This document shows positions 1-9,613 of a stretch of DNA of 64,000 nucleotides, in pieces. The stretch lies in IMG/VR virus record IMGVR_UViG_3300025699_000004; one strand, 5' to 3'. This stretch comes from a virus. The position numbers were made by a program, and so were the translations under genes. Numbering within the stretch: position 1 is the first letter of the stretch; each line of letters opens with the position of its first letter. Below the pieces are notes generated by a model, which was not told the origin of the DNA, did not search any database, and worked only from the letters and a program-made list of their open reading frames with translations.

Positions 1-616
1 AACTATTTGCATAATCGTATGAACCGACATGAAGACCATAAGAACAATGATTATCCTTGTTGTCATCTACACAACGACGTGCAACTTCAATCGTTGCCCC
101 AACCTCGTTGAGAATTTGATGCGAATCGTTGACCTCGCCTTGAACGACAATAGTATCAGCATTACCTGTGCTAGAATAAAAATCATCCTTAACACCTTTG
201 TAACCCAATACTTTACCTTCGGGAGTAGTTGGCAATGATTTGTAACTCAAGAAACTATATAATTCGTTTACAGAGTTAGCAGATGGGTTGGATTGCAACC
301 TAGTAATAAAATTTACTAGAGGGGCAGAATCTTTCATTCCTGCTCTCAACATCCCCAACAACTTGTCAACAACAACACCATGAAGACGATGATTCTTGTA
401 GTAAACTACTTCATCACGAACTTCGATGTCACCTTCAACAAAATCTTCAACTGACTTTGCAATATCAACATACTCTCCAAGAGATTCATAATCACCTTCA
501 AGAATTGCATTCTTTGCATTCTGAAAGTTGGGATGATCTTTACGAAGACTATAAGGCTTGCCTTCCCAAAAAATGGTTATTACATCTTCGCTATACATAT
601 ATGGAACTTTATTCAT
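1..616 (-). CDS. rIIB: rIIB-like protein (partial, runs off window start; missing from ORF track)
   Basis: Manual translation from ATG at 616: MNKVPYMYSEDVITIFWEGKPY...LQSNPSANSVNELYSFL...GYKGV...VDDNKDNHCSYGLHVGSYDYA. These are rIIB-type motifs, and the gene lies directly downstream of the rIIA-like gene. Confidence 0.85.
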   Translation of the reverse strand, partial: MNKVPYMYSEDVITIFWEGKPYSLRKDHPNFQNAKNAILEGDYESLGEYVDIAKSVEDFVEGDIEVRDEVVYYKNHRLHGVVVDKLLGMLRAGMKDSAPLVNFITRLQSNPSANSVNELYSFLSYKSLPTTPEGKVLGYKGVKDDFYSSTGNADTIVVQGEVNDSHQILNEVGATIEVARRCVDDNKDNHCSYGLHVGSYDYANS

Positions 617-665
617 AATTTTTTGCTTTCTATTTTTCGTTTTCTGCTTTTTTTGATTTAATATA

Positions 666-694
666 ACTATAACAGGATTAATTGTTTTCGTCAA
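666..694 (-). promoter_or_regulatory. sigma70-type promoter for rIIB
   Basis: TTGACG-17 nt-TATAGT with TGn extension. Confidence 0.7.
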
Positions 695-727
695 GTATTA
701 TTTTTATAAAATTTAGAGTTGGGGTTA

Positions 728-3055
728 TCACTCCCCAACTCTTTGATTATCAACTAATTGGACATATCTTTCGACTTCATCCAAGAGTACAAGTTCATTT
801 TCCATTGCTTTTAAACTTCCCCATGAGTTGCATGATTGAGAGATGTAAATCATAAGAGGATATTTCTCTACAAGAGATTGTACATTATTAGTAAAGGCTT
901 TTGCGCTAGACTTTGCGATGGGAAAAGTTTTCTCTACCCATTGCTTTTCCTTTTTGTACAAGTGCATCATTGCAACTCTAATGTGATCTGTTCCACCTTC
1001 TTCAAGAGTCATCCAATCAGTTGCAACTTTATTTACCAAGTGATCTGAATCTAAATTATCTAATTTAAAACTAGAATTAGTAAACAATCTATTTAAAGTA
1101 TATCCGTAATTGGATAATTTACTTGAAACATTCTCTGATTGAAAAACAAACATTTGATGTGCAAGAGTTGCATTTTTTACATCTGCTAAAACTTTATCCT
1201 TGCAATGTTTAGTGTAGAAATCGTTGTAAGAAATCCAAAGATCATTATCTAATTTCTTTACATCTCCGACTCTAACACCAAACAACATAACATTTTTCTT
1301 TTCAGTATCGTCTTCTGCTTGTATGCGAATCTGACCCATTTTGCGATACAAAGCATCTAATTCAATATCATAATCATCTCCCGATACATTATAATTTTTA
1401 ATTGGAATGTAAACTAATTTACCATTGACAGAACCATCAATTTCTGATACGTCATCAACATCATTGATTTGCTCTTCAAAGTTGTTCCAATAGTCTGCTA
1501 AACGACTAGCATAACCTTTATCAGTCTTTAATACGAACAAGGGAATGTTAGCGCGACTATTGCCATTTGATTGACGAATGCCTCTCTTGATTGGCTTTTG
1601 CTTTTCTACTTCTGATGTATGAACGATATGACTAGCATCAACTTGATCGAAATGCCATTCGTCTTTAATGTACTCTTCAGCGCCTTCAGTAATTGGATTA
1701 ATAAAATAGATGGTATTGAGAGTATCATCTTTGTCGAACAATGTTCTAGCGCGAAGATTATTTCCATGAGCAGATTCAATATCTTGAATTGCAAATAAAG
1801 CACCTTTGTCACAATGCACTCTGTTTACTTTGCAAGAACGAACTTTGTACCCATCTCTTGCACCACTATCGTGATCTCTGTCAGTTTGAGTAATAATCAA
1901 ACTATCATTGTAATCATGCTTGCGATGAAAATAAAATGAAGTAATTTTAATTCCATTCCATTCAAATGAATTTTCAAAGATGTTTCTCATATTATACGGC
2001 ATAGCATTTACAACTTTTGCATAATTAGCTTTCGCATCAAACAAGTCAGTTGAATCTGCGAGTTTTCTCTTGGCGATTTCTTGAACACCTTTAGATGCAA
2101 CAACTAAATACTTTGCAATAGTTTTCTGAGTGGATTTGTTATACTCCAATGACTCTCTACTATGATGCAATTTTACTGCACCCAATGGAACTCTAAGATA
2201 GAAATTATCTTGTTGTAAAAGATTTCTGCAAATTTCTCTGAGTTGTTCGTCTTGAACGAAATTAGTTAAATTAATAGCATCTGTATCAACAGGATATTTT
2301 ACTCTACCCATGAGAACATGGGAACGATTGCTACTATGTCTGTAACCATACTTGGAACTATCATTCTCTTTAACGAAGAACCAATCATCATTATCGCTTT
2401 CTAAGATTCTTTCTCTCTTAGCAATGAAATCATCTTCAACACCAATAAATTTTGGCATTTCTTCATCAGAAAAGAACTCAAAAAACTTCTGTACAATTTC
2501 TTTAAACTCTGATACATCTGAATCAGATACGGCAACTTCGATAGACAAACCTGTTGGTTCGTTAGTTGGTTCTGCTTCACCAATCATTGCAATCTTGGTA
2601 TCGTCATCATCATTGACGAAAACATTGTAAGTCTTTTTTACTCCACCATGATAAGAGACACAAGTAAAGTTTTCACCATAAGACAATGGAGCAAACTTAC
2701 CGATACCAAAAGCACCGATATAATTGTTTGACTCTCTCTTGGTTGACTTGCCATACTTAGAGTAAAGACCAAATACATCTTCTTGGCTAAGACCCCCACC
2801 GAAATCACGAACTGCAAAAGTTGGATTCATGTTGGTTGGCAACTTTACTTCGATAGGACGAGAAGCATTTGCTTCTGCATTTGCATCAAGCGCATTTGCA
2901 GTAATCTCTCTAACAACTGCAAGACGAGTGTTGGAATAGTTGTTGCGAAGAAGAGACGCAACATATCTCATATCTTCCGCATCTATCGTGCAATTTACAG
3001 ATTCAAAATCGTGACTCTGTACTACTTCTTTATTTTTTTCTTGTGTGATAATCAT
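728..3055 (-). CDS. rIIA: rIIA-like protein with N-terminal GHKL ATPase domain
   Basis: GHKL motifs VREITANALDA, VRDFGGGL, GAFGIGKF; 775 aa; paired with rIIB-like gene. Confidence 0.85.
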   Translation of the reverse strand: MIITQEKNKEVVQSHDFESVNCTIDAEDMRYVASLLRNNYSNTRLAVVREITANALDANAEANASRPIEVKLPTNMNPTFAVRDFGGGLSQEDVFGLYSKYGKSTKRESNNYIGAFGIGKFAPLSYGENFTCVSYHGGVKKTYNVFVNDDDDTKIAMIGEAEPTNEPTGLSIEVAVSDSDVSEFKEIVQKFFEFFSDEEMPKFIGVEDDFIAKRERILESDNDDWFFVKENDSSKYGYRHSSNRSHVLMGRVKYPVDTDAINLTNFVQDEQLREICRNLLQQDNFYLRVPLGAVKLHHSRESLEYNKSTQKTIAKYLVVASKGVQEIAKRKLADSTDLFDAKANYAKVVNAMPYNMRNIFENSFEWNGIKITSFYFHRKHDYNDSLIITQTDRDHDSGARDGYKVRSCKVNRVHCDKGALFAIQDIESAHGNNLRARTLFDKDDTLNTIYFINPITEGAEEYIKDEWHFDQVDASHIVHTSEVEKQKPIKRGIRQSNGNSRANIPLFVLKTDKGYASRLADYWNNFEEQINDVDDVSEIDGSVNGKLVYIPIKNYNVSGDDYDIELDALYRKMGQIRIQAEDDTEKKNVMLFGVRVGDVKKLDNDLWISYNDFYTKHCKDKVLADVKNATLAHQMFVFQSENVSSKLSNYGYTLNRLFTNSSFKLDNLDSDHLVNKVATDWMTLEEGGTDHIRVAMMHLYKKEKQWVEKTFPIAKSSAKAFTNNVQSLVEKYPLMIYISQSCNSWGSLKAMENELVLLDEVERYVQLVDNQRVGE

Positions 3056-3102
3056 TTTTTCGCTTTCTTTTTTTTATGTGATAAGATTTAAACTATGCCA
3101 AT

Positions 3103-3131
3103 ATCCTACTATAACTAATTTTGTTTGTCAA
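3103..3131 (-). promoter_or_regulatory. sigma70-type promoter for rIIA
   Basis: TTGACA-17 nt-TAGGAT. Confidence 0.6.
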
Positions 3132-3139
3132 TCTTTTTT

Positions 3140-3325
3140 TTATTTTTTTATTCTCCATGATGATGAACTTAATGAAATTTTAATTTGATCGAAATGGAGA
3201 TAAACATTTTCAAGTTTGTTTAATTTACTCTTGTTCTCATTTAAATACTCTAACATTTTTAATTTAGATGTAAAGACTATAAATCTTTCGTTTCCATTTT
3301 TCTTATGAGCAATATGATATTTCAC
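3140..3325 (-). CDS. hypothetical protein
   Basis: 61 aa; start overlaps stop of upstream ORF. Confidence 0.55.
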   Translation of the reverse strand: MKYHIAHKKNGNERFIVFTSKLKMLEYLNENKSKLNKLENVYLHFDQIKISLSSSSWRIKK

Positions 3326-3672
3326 AAAGCATTTCCATGCTCATCATCGCAATAAACTCTATCAGTCATTACAGGGTAATGTCCACATTCAATGTTAGTT
3401 GGAGAAAAACTTGATGCAAGCCTTTGTTGGATGTCTAGTAAAACATTATCTGCATAAACTAAATCTTGCATATCTTTCTCTTCGATATTAGCACCTTCCT
3501 CAAGATCGTCAAGTATATTTTCGCAAGAACTAATAATTCCTTTTAATGTAGTTTCTTCTAGCGAATCATCTTCTTTATTTATTTCTTTCATTTTTTTATC
3601 TATTGCATATTTAATACTACTCTCATCACTAGCACATAGTAATGAATATTTATCTATAAAGCATCGAATCAT
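3322..3672 (-). CDS. hypothetical protein
   Basis: 116 aa; ATGA-coupled to upstream ORF. Confidence 0.6.
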   Translation of the reverse strand: MIRCFIDKYSLLCASDESSIKYAIDKKMKEINKEDDSLEETTLKGIISSCENILDDLEEGANIEEKDMQDLVYADNVLLDIQQRLASSFSPTNIECGHYPVMTDRVYCDDEHGNAL

Positions 3673-4334
3673 GCTACCATTAATTCTTCTAATTGATCGT
3701 AATCAAATTCACCTTTTTTTGCGGGAACTATAACTTCATATAGAAACATTCTGATTGCTTTGCATATATCAAGATACTCATCCCAATCATTCATACTTAA
3801 CATATTTCCTTCACCTTGTCCACCATACGCCATGCGATAACCTTCTTCAAGAGGAGCAGGTTTTGAATTAGGGTCTTTTACCCATTGTTGAGTTTTTGAG
3901 CAGTAATGATGACTACGAGGATTGTGCATACTATTTATATAAGTAAGAATATTGACGCGACCTAATTGGTTTCCACAACTATCGACATTCATTTCTAATC
4001 TCGCATCAATGAAGTCAACATTAGCACCTACGTAATCCTTCTTCATATCTTTAAGTTGAACGTGAACTGCTCTATATTTGTCTTGAGCAAGATGTGTATG
4101 AGGTGTACCATTATAGGTTTTTCGAGAAAGAATTGTGCAATCTAACTTCTCGCAAGTCTTGAAGTCACGATCACATTTACTTTTATAACTAAGAATATTA
4201 TCTTCGGGCATAACTTTCTTAACTAATCTATTACTCTTGAATATGATTGATTCGGGACTCCAACGATTCCATCTAATTGGATAATGACCTATACCTTTAT
4301 GCTCTACTTTTACATCTGTGAAATAATTTTTCAT
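3669..4334 (-). CDS. hypothetical protein
   Basis: 221 aa ORF in co-oriented array. Confidence 0.7.
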   Translation of the reverse strand: MKNYFTDVKVEHKGIGHYPIRWNRWSPESIIFKSNRLVKKVMPEDNILSYKSKCDRDFKTCEKLDCTILSRKTYNGTPHTHLAQDKYRAVHVQLKDMKKDYVGANVDFIDARLEMNVDSCGNQLGRVNILTYINSMHNPRSHHYCSKTQQWVKDPNSKPAPLEEGYRMAYGGQGEGNMLSMNDWDEYLDICKAIRMFLYEVIVPAKKGEFDYDQLEELMVA

Positions 4335-4347
4335 AACTTTTCGCTTT

Positions 4348-4548
4348 TTATATTTTGTTTATTTTTGTTTTCTCTAATGAATCTGAATGTAATTCGCTTA
4401 TACTATCTAACAATTCGGGGAAAGAGTCAAGCCAATTCTGAACTTTTTTGCAAGCCTCTAAAACTCTTTTATTTTCATCTGTGCTTTCTCCGATAGCAGA
4501 GACTTCTGCTTCGTCAATAATTATTTGCAACTCTTCCGTGACTTTCAT
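4348..4548 (-). CDS. hypothetical protein
   Basis: 66 aa; tightly packed. Confidence 0.55.
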   Translation of the reverse strand: MKVTEELQIIIDEAEVSAIGESTDENKRVLEACKKVQNWLDSFPELLDSISELHSDSLEKTKINKI

Positions 4549-4552
4549 AATC

Positions 4553-4780
4553 TTATGCTATCTCCAATCTATAGTATCCATTCTCTATTTGCTCTACTTC
4601 GGTAAGACTATCAAGACCCAAATATTGCTCATAAACTTCACGAATGTAGTCTACATTCTTACCAATGTAAAATGTGGGCTTATATTGTTCGCTAGGATCA
4701 TCATGGCATTGCTTATCTATTGCAATAATCTCATCTAGCATTTTTTGTGGCTCAATATTCCAAATTTTATTTACTTTCAT
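4553..4780 (-). CDS. hypothetical protein
   Basis: 75 aa; ATG 7 nt below a sigma70 -10 box. Confidence 0.65.
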   Translation of the reverse strand: MKVNKIWNIEPQKMLDEIIAIDKQCHDDPSEQYKPTFYIGKNVDYIREVYEQYLGLDSLTEVEQIENGYYRLEIA

Positions 4781-4786
4781 AATCGT

Positions 4787-4815
4787 ATCTTAGTCAATAT
4801 ATTTTTATATGTCAA
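4787..4815 (-). promoter_or_regulatory. sigma70-type promoter (predicted leaderless)
   Basis: TTGACA-17 nt-TAAGAT; ATG at 4780. Confidence 0.7.
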
Positions 4816-5117
4816 GAATTTTTTAATTTAATTCTAGTTAAGTTATATTCCGTTTCGCTTATGTAAGAATAAGAATTCAAGAATTCATCTTTTGATAAAA
4901 CATTAAAATCCGACATCTTCTCTTCATCATCGCAAAAATCACGAAGATTTTTTTGACTTTCTTCTACTTGTATTGAGTTGTTAAATGAACCAATGGGAAT
5001 ATGATTTAAAAAACCACGAACTATATCGCAGGATTTTTTCACATTTTTATCTGCGATCATAGTTTTATTTAATTCTATTTCATTTAATAGAAATTCTATT
5101 GATTCTCTAAAATTCAT
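4812..5117 (-). CDS. hypothetical protein
   Basis: Start moved to MNFRE (5117), which overlaps the upstream stop. Confidence 0.6.
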   Translation of the reverse strand: MNFRESIEFLLNEIELNKTMIADKNVKKSCDIVRGFLNHIPIGSFNNSIQVEESQKNLRDFCDDEEKMSDFNVLSKDEFLNSYSYISETEYNLTRIKLKNS

Positions 5118-5332
5118 TTGCTTGCATCCCAATTTTTTAATTCTCCAAACACTTGTTCCCATTCTTCTCTTATTTCAATATCGGGAATTTCATCTAAACC
5201 TTCAAATCCCTCTATTAACATCCTCATCATCTCGCTTGTACTCATGTTCATTGCCTCTGCTTCAGCGAGATCACGTCTCATCTCGTCAATCGTAGGATTG
5301 CCTTCTCTTAATTCTCTTTCTGTTGTTCTCAT
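5114..5332 (-). CDS. hypothetical acidic protein
   Basis: 72 aa; packed array. Confidence 0.6.
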   Translation of the reverse strand: MRTTERELREGNPTIDEMRRDLAEAEAMNMSTSEMMRMLIEGFEGLDEIPDIEIREEWEQVFGELKNWDASK

Positions 5333-5337
5333 ATTTA

Positions 5338-5541
5338 TTATCCTTCGTTTTGTGTTCCAACTACGAGTAACTTAACATCTTTTCCTGTGTCTGTCAAGTT
5401 AAAAACATCAAGTGCAACTTGGTAGACTTCCCCATCTTCGGGTTGAATAGCAATCCAAGAGGTATTCCCCCCATCTTTAGATTGGACTACATCCCATTCA
5501 TGCTCAAGTAGTCTAGCTTTTTGATATTTTGTTAGTTTCAT
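5338..5541 (-). CDS. hypothetical protein
   Basis: 67 aa; packed array. Confidence 0.6.
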   Translation of the reverse strand: MKLTKYQKARLLEHEWDVVQSKDGGNTSWIAIQPEDGEVYQVALDVFNLTDTGKDVKLLVVGTQNEG

Positions 5542-5734
5542 ATAAATTATCTAATTTAATATATTGCTCATCTATTTGTGCTTCTAGCGATTTTATGTAT
5601 TTATAATTATTTCCTCTTCGAGAATCTTCATAATCTAACTCAATTTCGAGATGTCTAATAGACTTCTTTATATCGTATATTTCGTTTTTAATTTCTTCTT
5701 CTTGCTTTAAACCTTCCATAGCTTTTTTATTCAT
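5513..5734 (-). CDS. hypothetical coiled-coil protein
   Basis: 73 aa; heptad-like pattern. Confidence 0.55.
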   Translation of the reverse strand: MNKKAMEGLKQEEEIKNEIYDIKKSIRHLEIELDYEDSRRGNNYKYIKSLEAQIDEQYIKLDNLYETNKISKS

Positions 5735-5972
5735 TTAATTTATTTTTAATGTGAATTGAGTAATCCCCTTCCTTGACATATAAATCATCTTCTGTTAATC
5801 TCCATGTAATTTCTCCATTTGTAGGATCAGCATATTCGATATTAAAATCACAATCGTCAAGAGTCTTGTATGGGTCATACTCTCTAACTATTTGTTCCGC
5901 CTCGTCTCTATTTTCCGCATTAACGTAAAAACAATTAATTATTTTTATTCCAACACAATATTCTTTTTTCAT
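5727..5972 (-). CDS. small protein of the V-x-A-x-x-x-x-E-A family
   Basis: MKKEYCVGIKIINCFYVNAENRDEAEQIV; pattern shared with 7367, 8179 and 8415 ORFs. Confidence 0.6.
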   Translation of the reverse strand: MKKEYCVGIKIINCFYVNAENRDEAEQIVREYDPYKTLDDCDFNIEYADPTNGEITWRLTEDDLYVKEGDYSIHIKNKLNE

Positions 5973-5990
5973 TTTTTTTTAAATTTTTAA

Positions 5991-6326
5991 TTAATATGCA
6001 GATTCACTTTCTCTTTCTTTATATAAATCATTTTGCCATTCTTCTGCTTTATTGTCAACCATTTTTTGTTCAGTTTTATTTGAATGATTTTCTTTAAAAG
6101 AATCCATAAAAGGGCTTGAATTTTTTAAGTGACCTTGCCTATTATTATCTATCTCTTCTTGCGTGAACCATCTGTATTCTGTGTTGAATAGTTCATCTAC
6201 ATTGCTTGGATGATACCCCATATTTACCATTAGTCCCTTAAACATATCCGCTAAATTTTCCGCGTCTACATCTTCATCAGTCTCAGCGCTATAAGTCTTA
6301 TTATGATTAGTTATTGTTATTTTCAT
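5991..6326 (-). CDS. hypothetical protein
   Basis: 111 aa. Confidence 0.6.
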   Translation of the reverse strand: MKITITNHNKTYSAETDEDVDAENLADMFKGLMVNMGYHPSNVDELFNTEYRWFTQEEIDNNRQGHLKNSSPFMDSFKENHSNKTEQKMVDNKAEEWQNDLYKERESESAY

Positions 6327-6492
6327 TTTTCTTATAATAATTTTTGTCTAACAAGTCATCTAGTAAATGTATAATTCCCCAACCCATTTCTTCGTCAAGT
6401 AGTCCATGAACACCTTCACCCTTATCATCATGCCACAAAATTGATAGCAAATGATCCCTTTGTTTTTCTAGTAATTTGTAATCAATGTTCAT
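6307..6492 (-). CDS. hypothetical protein
   Basis: 61 aa; coupled to upstream ORF. Confidence 0.55.
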   Translation of the reverse strand: MNIDYKLLEKQRDHLLSILWHDDKGEGVHGLLDEEMGWGIIHLLDDLLDKNYYKKNENNNN

Positions 6493-6965
6493 TTTTTTGC
6501 TATATATTTATCTAGATAATCGCCTGAAGCTTCCATGTTTTTTAAGTGACCTTCAAAAACAGGGTCATCATCTCCCATTAATTTTTGTCTATATTCTTCT
6601 GCCATATCAGAACCCCATTCATCGACTGATTCATCAGATAAATCGCAAGCAATTTCTATATTAGTAATGTTGTGCCATGCTTCTTCAGCAAAGACACTAC
6701 CATCCTTATTGCGACTTGGTCTTTTAAACCTTTTATTGCAATTCTTTTTGATATGCCTATCTATAATTTCAATATCATCTTTGACGCAAGCCAAGCGATG
6801 TTTAAGTTGAGCATTTTCTAATAGCAATCTTTCTAAATTATCTTTAGTTATCTGCTGTTCTATTTCTTTCATGTAAGTATAATTTGGTTTATTTTTTTGT
6901 TCAGCTAAAGTCATGTTGACTGAATCTTCGTAAGTTGGGTAATCGTCTCCTATTATTTCTTTCAT
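6489..6965 (-). CDS. hypothetical protein
   Basis: 158 aa; ATG 7 nt below a -10 box. Confidence 0.65.
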   Translation of the reverse strand: MKEIIGDDYPTYEDSVNMTLAEQKNKPNYTYMKEIEQQITKDNLERLLLENAQLKHRLACVKDDIEIIDRHIKKNCNKRFKRPSRNKDGSVFAEEAWHNITNIEIACDLSDESVDEWGSDMAEEYRQKLMGDDDPVFEGHLKNMEASGDYLDKYIAKK

Positions 6966-6971
6966 GTTATT

Positions 6972-7000
6972 AGTCTATGTTGTTTTTATTATAATGTCAA
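6972..7000 (-). promoter_or_regulatory. sigma70-type promoter (predicted leaderless)
   Basis: TTGACA-17 nt-TAGACT; ATG at 6965. Confidence 0.7.
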
Positions 7001-7019
7001 GCATTATCGTTAATATTAA

Positions 7020-7024
7020 GTGTA
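7020..7024 (+). promoter_or_regulatory. GTGTA-class promoter motif
   Basis: AAGTGTAATCATTATTATG; 9 nt before ATG 7034. Confidence 0.5.
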
Positions 7025-7033
7025 ATCATTATT

Positions 7034-7366
7034 ATGAGCAAGTATAAACCGAAATCTTTTACCAAAGAAATTTACGAAGAAATTAAAATCAAAATGGATT
7101 CTCCATTTGACGAGAAAAGAACCCTGTGTAATGTTTTAAAATTAGCATACAAATGCTCGAAAGAAGAAAGTTTTAATTTAAAAGCAACAAGAGCTTTGAT
7201 ATTAGAAGCTTTATGGATGGGGCAAAGAATGTCAGATGCTTTAACAAAGAAAAGAAAAGAAAACTTTCATTTTGAATTAAGTCAGCAAGACGAAGAAGAA
7301 GACCCATTCTCTGTAGATTGGTCTAATTTAGATGGTAGGAATGTTGCTCAAGGAAATTGGGATTAA
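7034..7366 (+). CDS. hypothetical protein (counter-oriented)
   Basis: 110 aa; fills a gap with no minus-strand ORF; GTGTA motif upstream. Confidence 0.7.
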   Translation: MSKYKPKSFTKEIYEEIKIKMDSPFDEKRTLCNVLKLAYKCSKEESFNLKATRALILEALWMGQRMSDALTKKRKENFHFELSQQDEEEDPFSVDWSNLDGRNVAQGNWD

Positions 7367-7579
7367 TTAATCGACCAAATCAAAAGTATTTGGATTTTCC
7401 ATCTCCTCTTCAATTATTTCCATATCAACTTCAAGGGAAGCGTCTACATAATTGGGGTCTGTTGGTAATGGAACACTATTACTTTCGACTTTAGTAATTG
7501 CTTCTTCCCAAGATTCTGCTTCAACTTCTACTTGGGCATAAACTTGCCATGAACATGGTACTCTATATGTTTTTTTCAT
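7367..7579 (-). CDS. small protein of the V-x-A-x-x-x-x-E-A family
   Basis: MKKTYRVPCSWQVYAQVEVEAESWEEAI. Confidence 0.65.
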   Translation of the reverse strand: MKKTYRVPCSWQVYAQVEVEAESWEEAITKVESNSVPLPTDPNYVDASLEVDMEIIEEEMENPNTFDLVD

Positions 7580-7583
7580 AATT

Positions 7584-7877
7584 TTATCTCCCTTTTTGTT
7601 CTACTTCTTCTTTTGTCATATCGCCTCTGATAAATGCTCCGAAGTCATCATTATTTAAATGAGATGTATCGGGTGGAATAACACCAAATTCTCCACCTAT
7701 GCCTAAAAGTTTTGCTCTGTCATTGAGTCTCTTGTTCATCTTCTCTTTTAATTGAAACATTTCTTCTACAATGTCTTCGATGAGAGAATAACCTGCCAAC
7801 TCGAAAAGACGAGTATCTAATCCACTTTCAACTTCAAACAAATTATCTATTTTATTTGCTTCTTCTATTTTATTCAT
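7584..7877 (-). CDS. hypothetical protein
   Basis: 97 aa. Confidence 0.6.
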   Translation of the reverse strand: MNKIEEANKIDNLFEVESGLDTRLFELAGYSLIEDIVEEMFQLKEKMNKRLNDRAKLLGIGGEFGVIPPDTSHLNNDDFGAFIRGDMTKEEVEQKGR

Positions 7878-8169
7878 TTTCTTTTAGTTTTTCTTTTACT
7901 GCTTCCTCGCAGAGTTCATTGAATGTAATATTTTTTTCATGTGCGAACATCATATACTTTAACAAATCATCGCTACTAAAGTCAAGCTCAATTTTCTCAT
8001 ATTTTCGTAAATCAATTTTAACTTTTCTGATAATAAATGCTTCGTCTTGTGGGATAAATTCTAATTCATCACCGACTTCCCATCCTAATCTTTTTAATAG
8101 ATCATCGGGTAAGCGAAAATATAATTCACCATCAAAACTTTCTTTTACTTCTAACTCTGTAACTTTCAT
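7870..8169 (-). CDS. AbrB/MazE/SpoVT-like DNA-binding protein
   Basis: GELYFRLPDDLLKRLGWEVGDELEF swapped-hairpin pattern. Confidence 0.7.
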   Translation of the reverse strand: MKVTELEVKESFDGELYFRLPDDLLKRLGWEVGDELEFIPQDEAFIIRKVKIDLRKYEKIELDFSSDDLLKYMMFAHEKNITFNELCEEAVKEKLKENE

Positions 8170-8178
8170 ATCTTTATC

Positions 8179-8418
8179 TTATAGGTCTTGGTTTAACTTG
8201 TCAAGCTCTGAATCGCCCAACTCCATCGAATCTTCTTCTGATTCTTTTTCTTTTTCTTCCACCAAACTAACTTCAGCATTTTGTTTCCATGCTTTGCTTA
8301 TCTCCCAATCTGCTTCCATTTCATCAAAAGCCCTACTGACTGCATCATCTTTCGATTCTGAATCAATAAAGTAAGTGCGATAAGTTGTGCTTGCTATTTC
8401 TATTTCAAATGTTTTCAT
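8179..8418 (-). CDS. small protein of the V-x-A-x-x-x-x-E-A family (divergent)
   Basis: MKTFEIEIASTTYRTYFIDSESKDDAV; start at 8418 overlaps upstream stop. Confidence 0.6.
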   Translation of the reverse strand: MKTFEIEIASTTYRTYFIDSESKDDAVSRAFDEMEADWEISKAWKQNAEVSLVEEKEKESEEDSMELGDSELDKLNQDL

Positions 8419-8624
8419 TTTATTTCCTCGCAACTAAAAACTCCTCTATCTCTATGAGTGTGATCGCCATGATATTTAGTTAAGTTATGATTGTAAAAAA
8501 GTTCTTCACAACCATGTTCGTCAAGTAATTCTTCTGCAATTTCTTCTGCTTCATCTACATTCTTAGCTTCAACTACAATGTATCCACCAATTTCTTCTGT
8601 TACTGATAATCTATACTTCTTCAT
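8415..8624 (-). CDS. small protein of the V-x-A-x-x-x-x-E-A family
   Basis: MKKYRLSVTEEIGGYIVVEAKNVDEAEEIA. Confidence 0.65.
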   Translation of the reverse strand: MKKYRLSVTEEIGGYIVVEAKNVDEAEEIAEELLDEHGCEELFYNHNLTKYHGDHTHRDRGVFSCEEIK

Positions 8625-8895
8625 TATTTTTAATCTCCATTATTTTTTTAGCATCCATTAAAGCATGACAGAACTCTTCAATCTTGTCAACAGGAATCTG
8701 AAAATATTTATTATGACTTCTGCCTTGACTTGTAATTGCAGTACAACCAACATGAGTGTTAAAGTGCCATGCTTTTATTTCAAGACCACTTAGACCACTC
8801 CAATCTTTTGAACTAGACCAAGAGGTTTGCTTTCTTAATTCCGCTTTGGTTCTACCCTTTGACCAAACTATTTGTGTTTCTATATTTTTTGTCAT
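8611..8895 (-). CDS. hypothetical protein
   Basis: 94 aa. Confidence 0.6.
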   Translation of the reverse strand: MTKNIETQIVWSKGRTKAELRKQTSWSSSKDWSGLSGLEIKAWHFNTHVGCTAITSQGRSHNKYFQIPVDKIEEFCHALMDAKKIMEIKNNEEV

Positions 8896-8950
8896 ACCCT
8901 TACTTTCGCATATTTTTTAGGCATTGTCAAGGATTTTTTTTAAAATTTTT

Positions 8951-9250
8951 TTAATTTATTTGCTTCGCGCTAATTCTCTTTCTGCACTCCACATTTGATT
9001 TGTACATTTCTTTTTGGCGTTTTAATTCCGTAACATCTTGTTGTAGTAAATTAATTGCCTTATTTTCTGTCATCTTGCCATTAAGAACTTCTCTTACAAA
9101 GAGTGATATGTTGTAAGTTGTAAGACGATAAGGATGAGTTCTACAAATAAATTTATAAAACTTACCACTTATTTTGCCATATTTTAGTTTTCTGTACAAG
9201 AATTTTCTATAATTGCAATTTTTAGTGTTATGTAATGTTTTCATTATCAT
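8951..9250 (-). CDS. hypothetical basic protein
   Basis: 99 aa; coupled to upstream stop. Confidence 0.55.
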   Translation of the reverse strand: MIMKTLHNTKNCNYRKFLYRKLKYGKISGKFYKFICRTHPYRLTTYNISLFVREVLNGKMTENKAINLLQQDVTELKRQKEMYKSNVECRKRISAKQIN

Positions 9251-9543
9251 TCTTCATACATATAGATAGGAGTGTATTCTCCTAAATAAGCACATTCAAT
9301 ATTAAAATTAAAATACTCTATTGATTCATCAGGAGTCATACCATCTCTTTCAACAAGAGTTTCCACAATCTGATTAACAGAATAAATAACTCTACCATCA
9401 CTAGAGTATCCCATGATTGCATCGTCATGCCCATCGGCAAATAATGCTTTAGGATTGTGTTCTCCAATAGTTTCTTTTAAGTCTGCCAAGCGGTTGGCTC
9501 GATTTCCTCTTATTTCTTTTATAATATCTTTTTCTTTATTCAT
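9247..9543 (-). CDS. conserved phage-type hypothetical protein
   Basis: ADGHDDAIMG...VIYS...EYFNFNIECAYLGEYTP; start moved to MNKEK because track ATG 9618 lies inside a -10 box. Confidence 0.65.
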   Translation of the reverse strand: MNKEKDIIKEIRGNRANRLADLKETIGEHNPKALFADGHDDAIMGYSSDGRVIYSVNQIVETLVERDGMTPDESIEYFNFNIECAYLGEYTPIYMYEE

Positions 9544-9613
9544 ATCTTCTAACGTAATCGCTCTTAAATTTTTTAATTCTTCTAGTAGTGGTAATCCTTT
9601 TGAATTTAAACAG

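Noticed and set aside
29-238. Plus-strand track ORF and similar shadow ORFs (e.g. 836, 2352, 7856, 58588, 62284, 63418)
   Set aside because: Antisense to well-supported minus-strand genes; no promoter motif or recognisable features
4398-4430. TTGACT-based promoter candidate inside ORF 4348-4548
   Set aside because: No good -10 at 16-18 nt spacing
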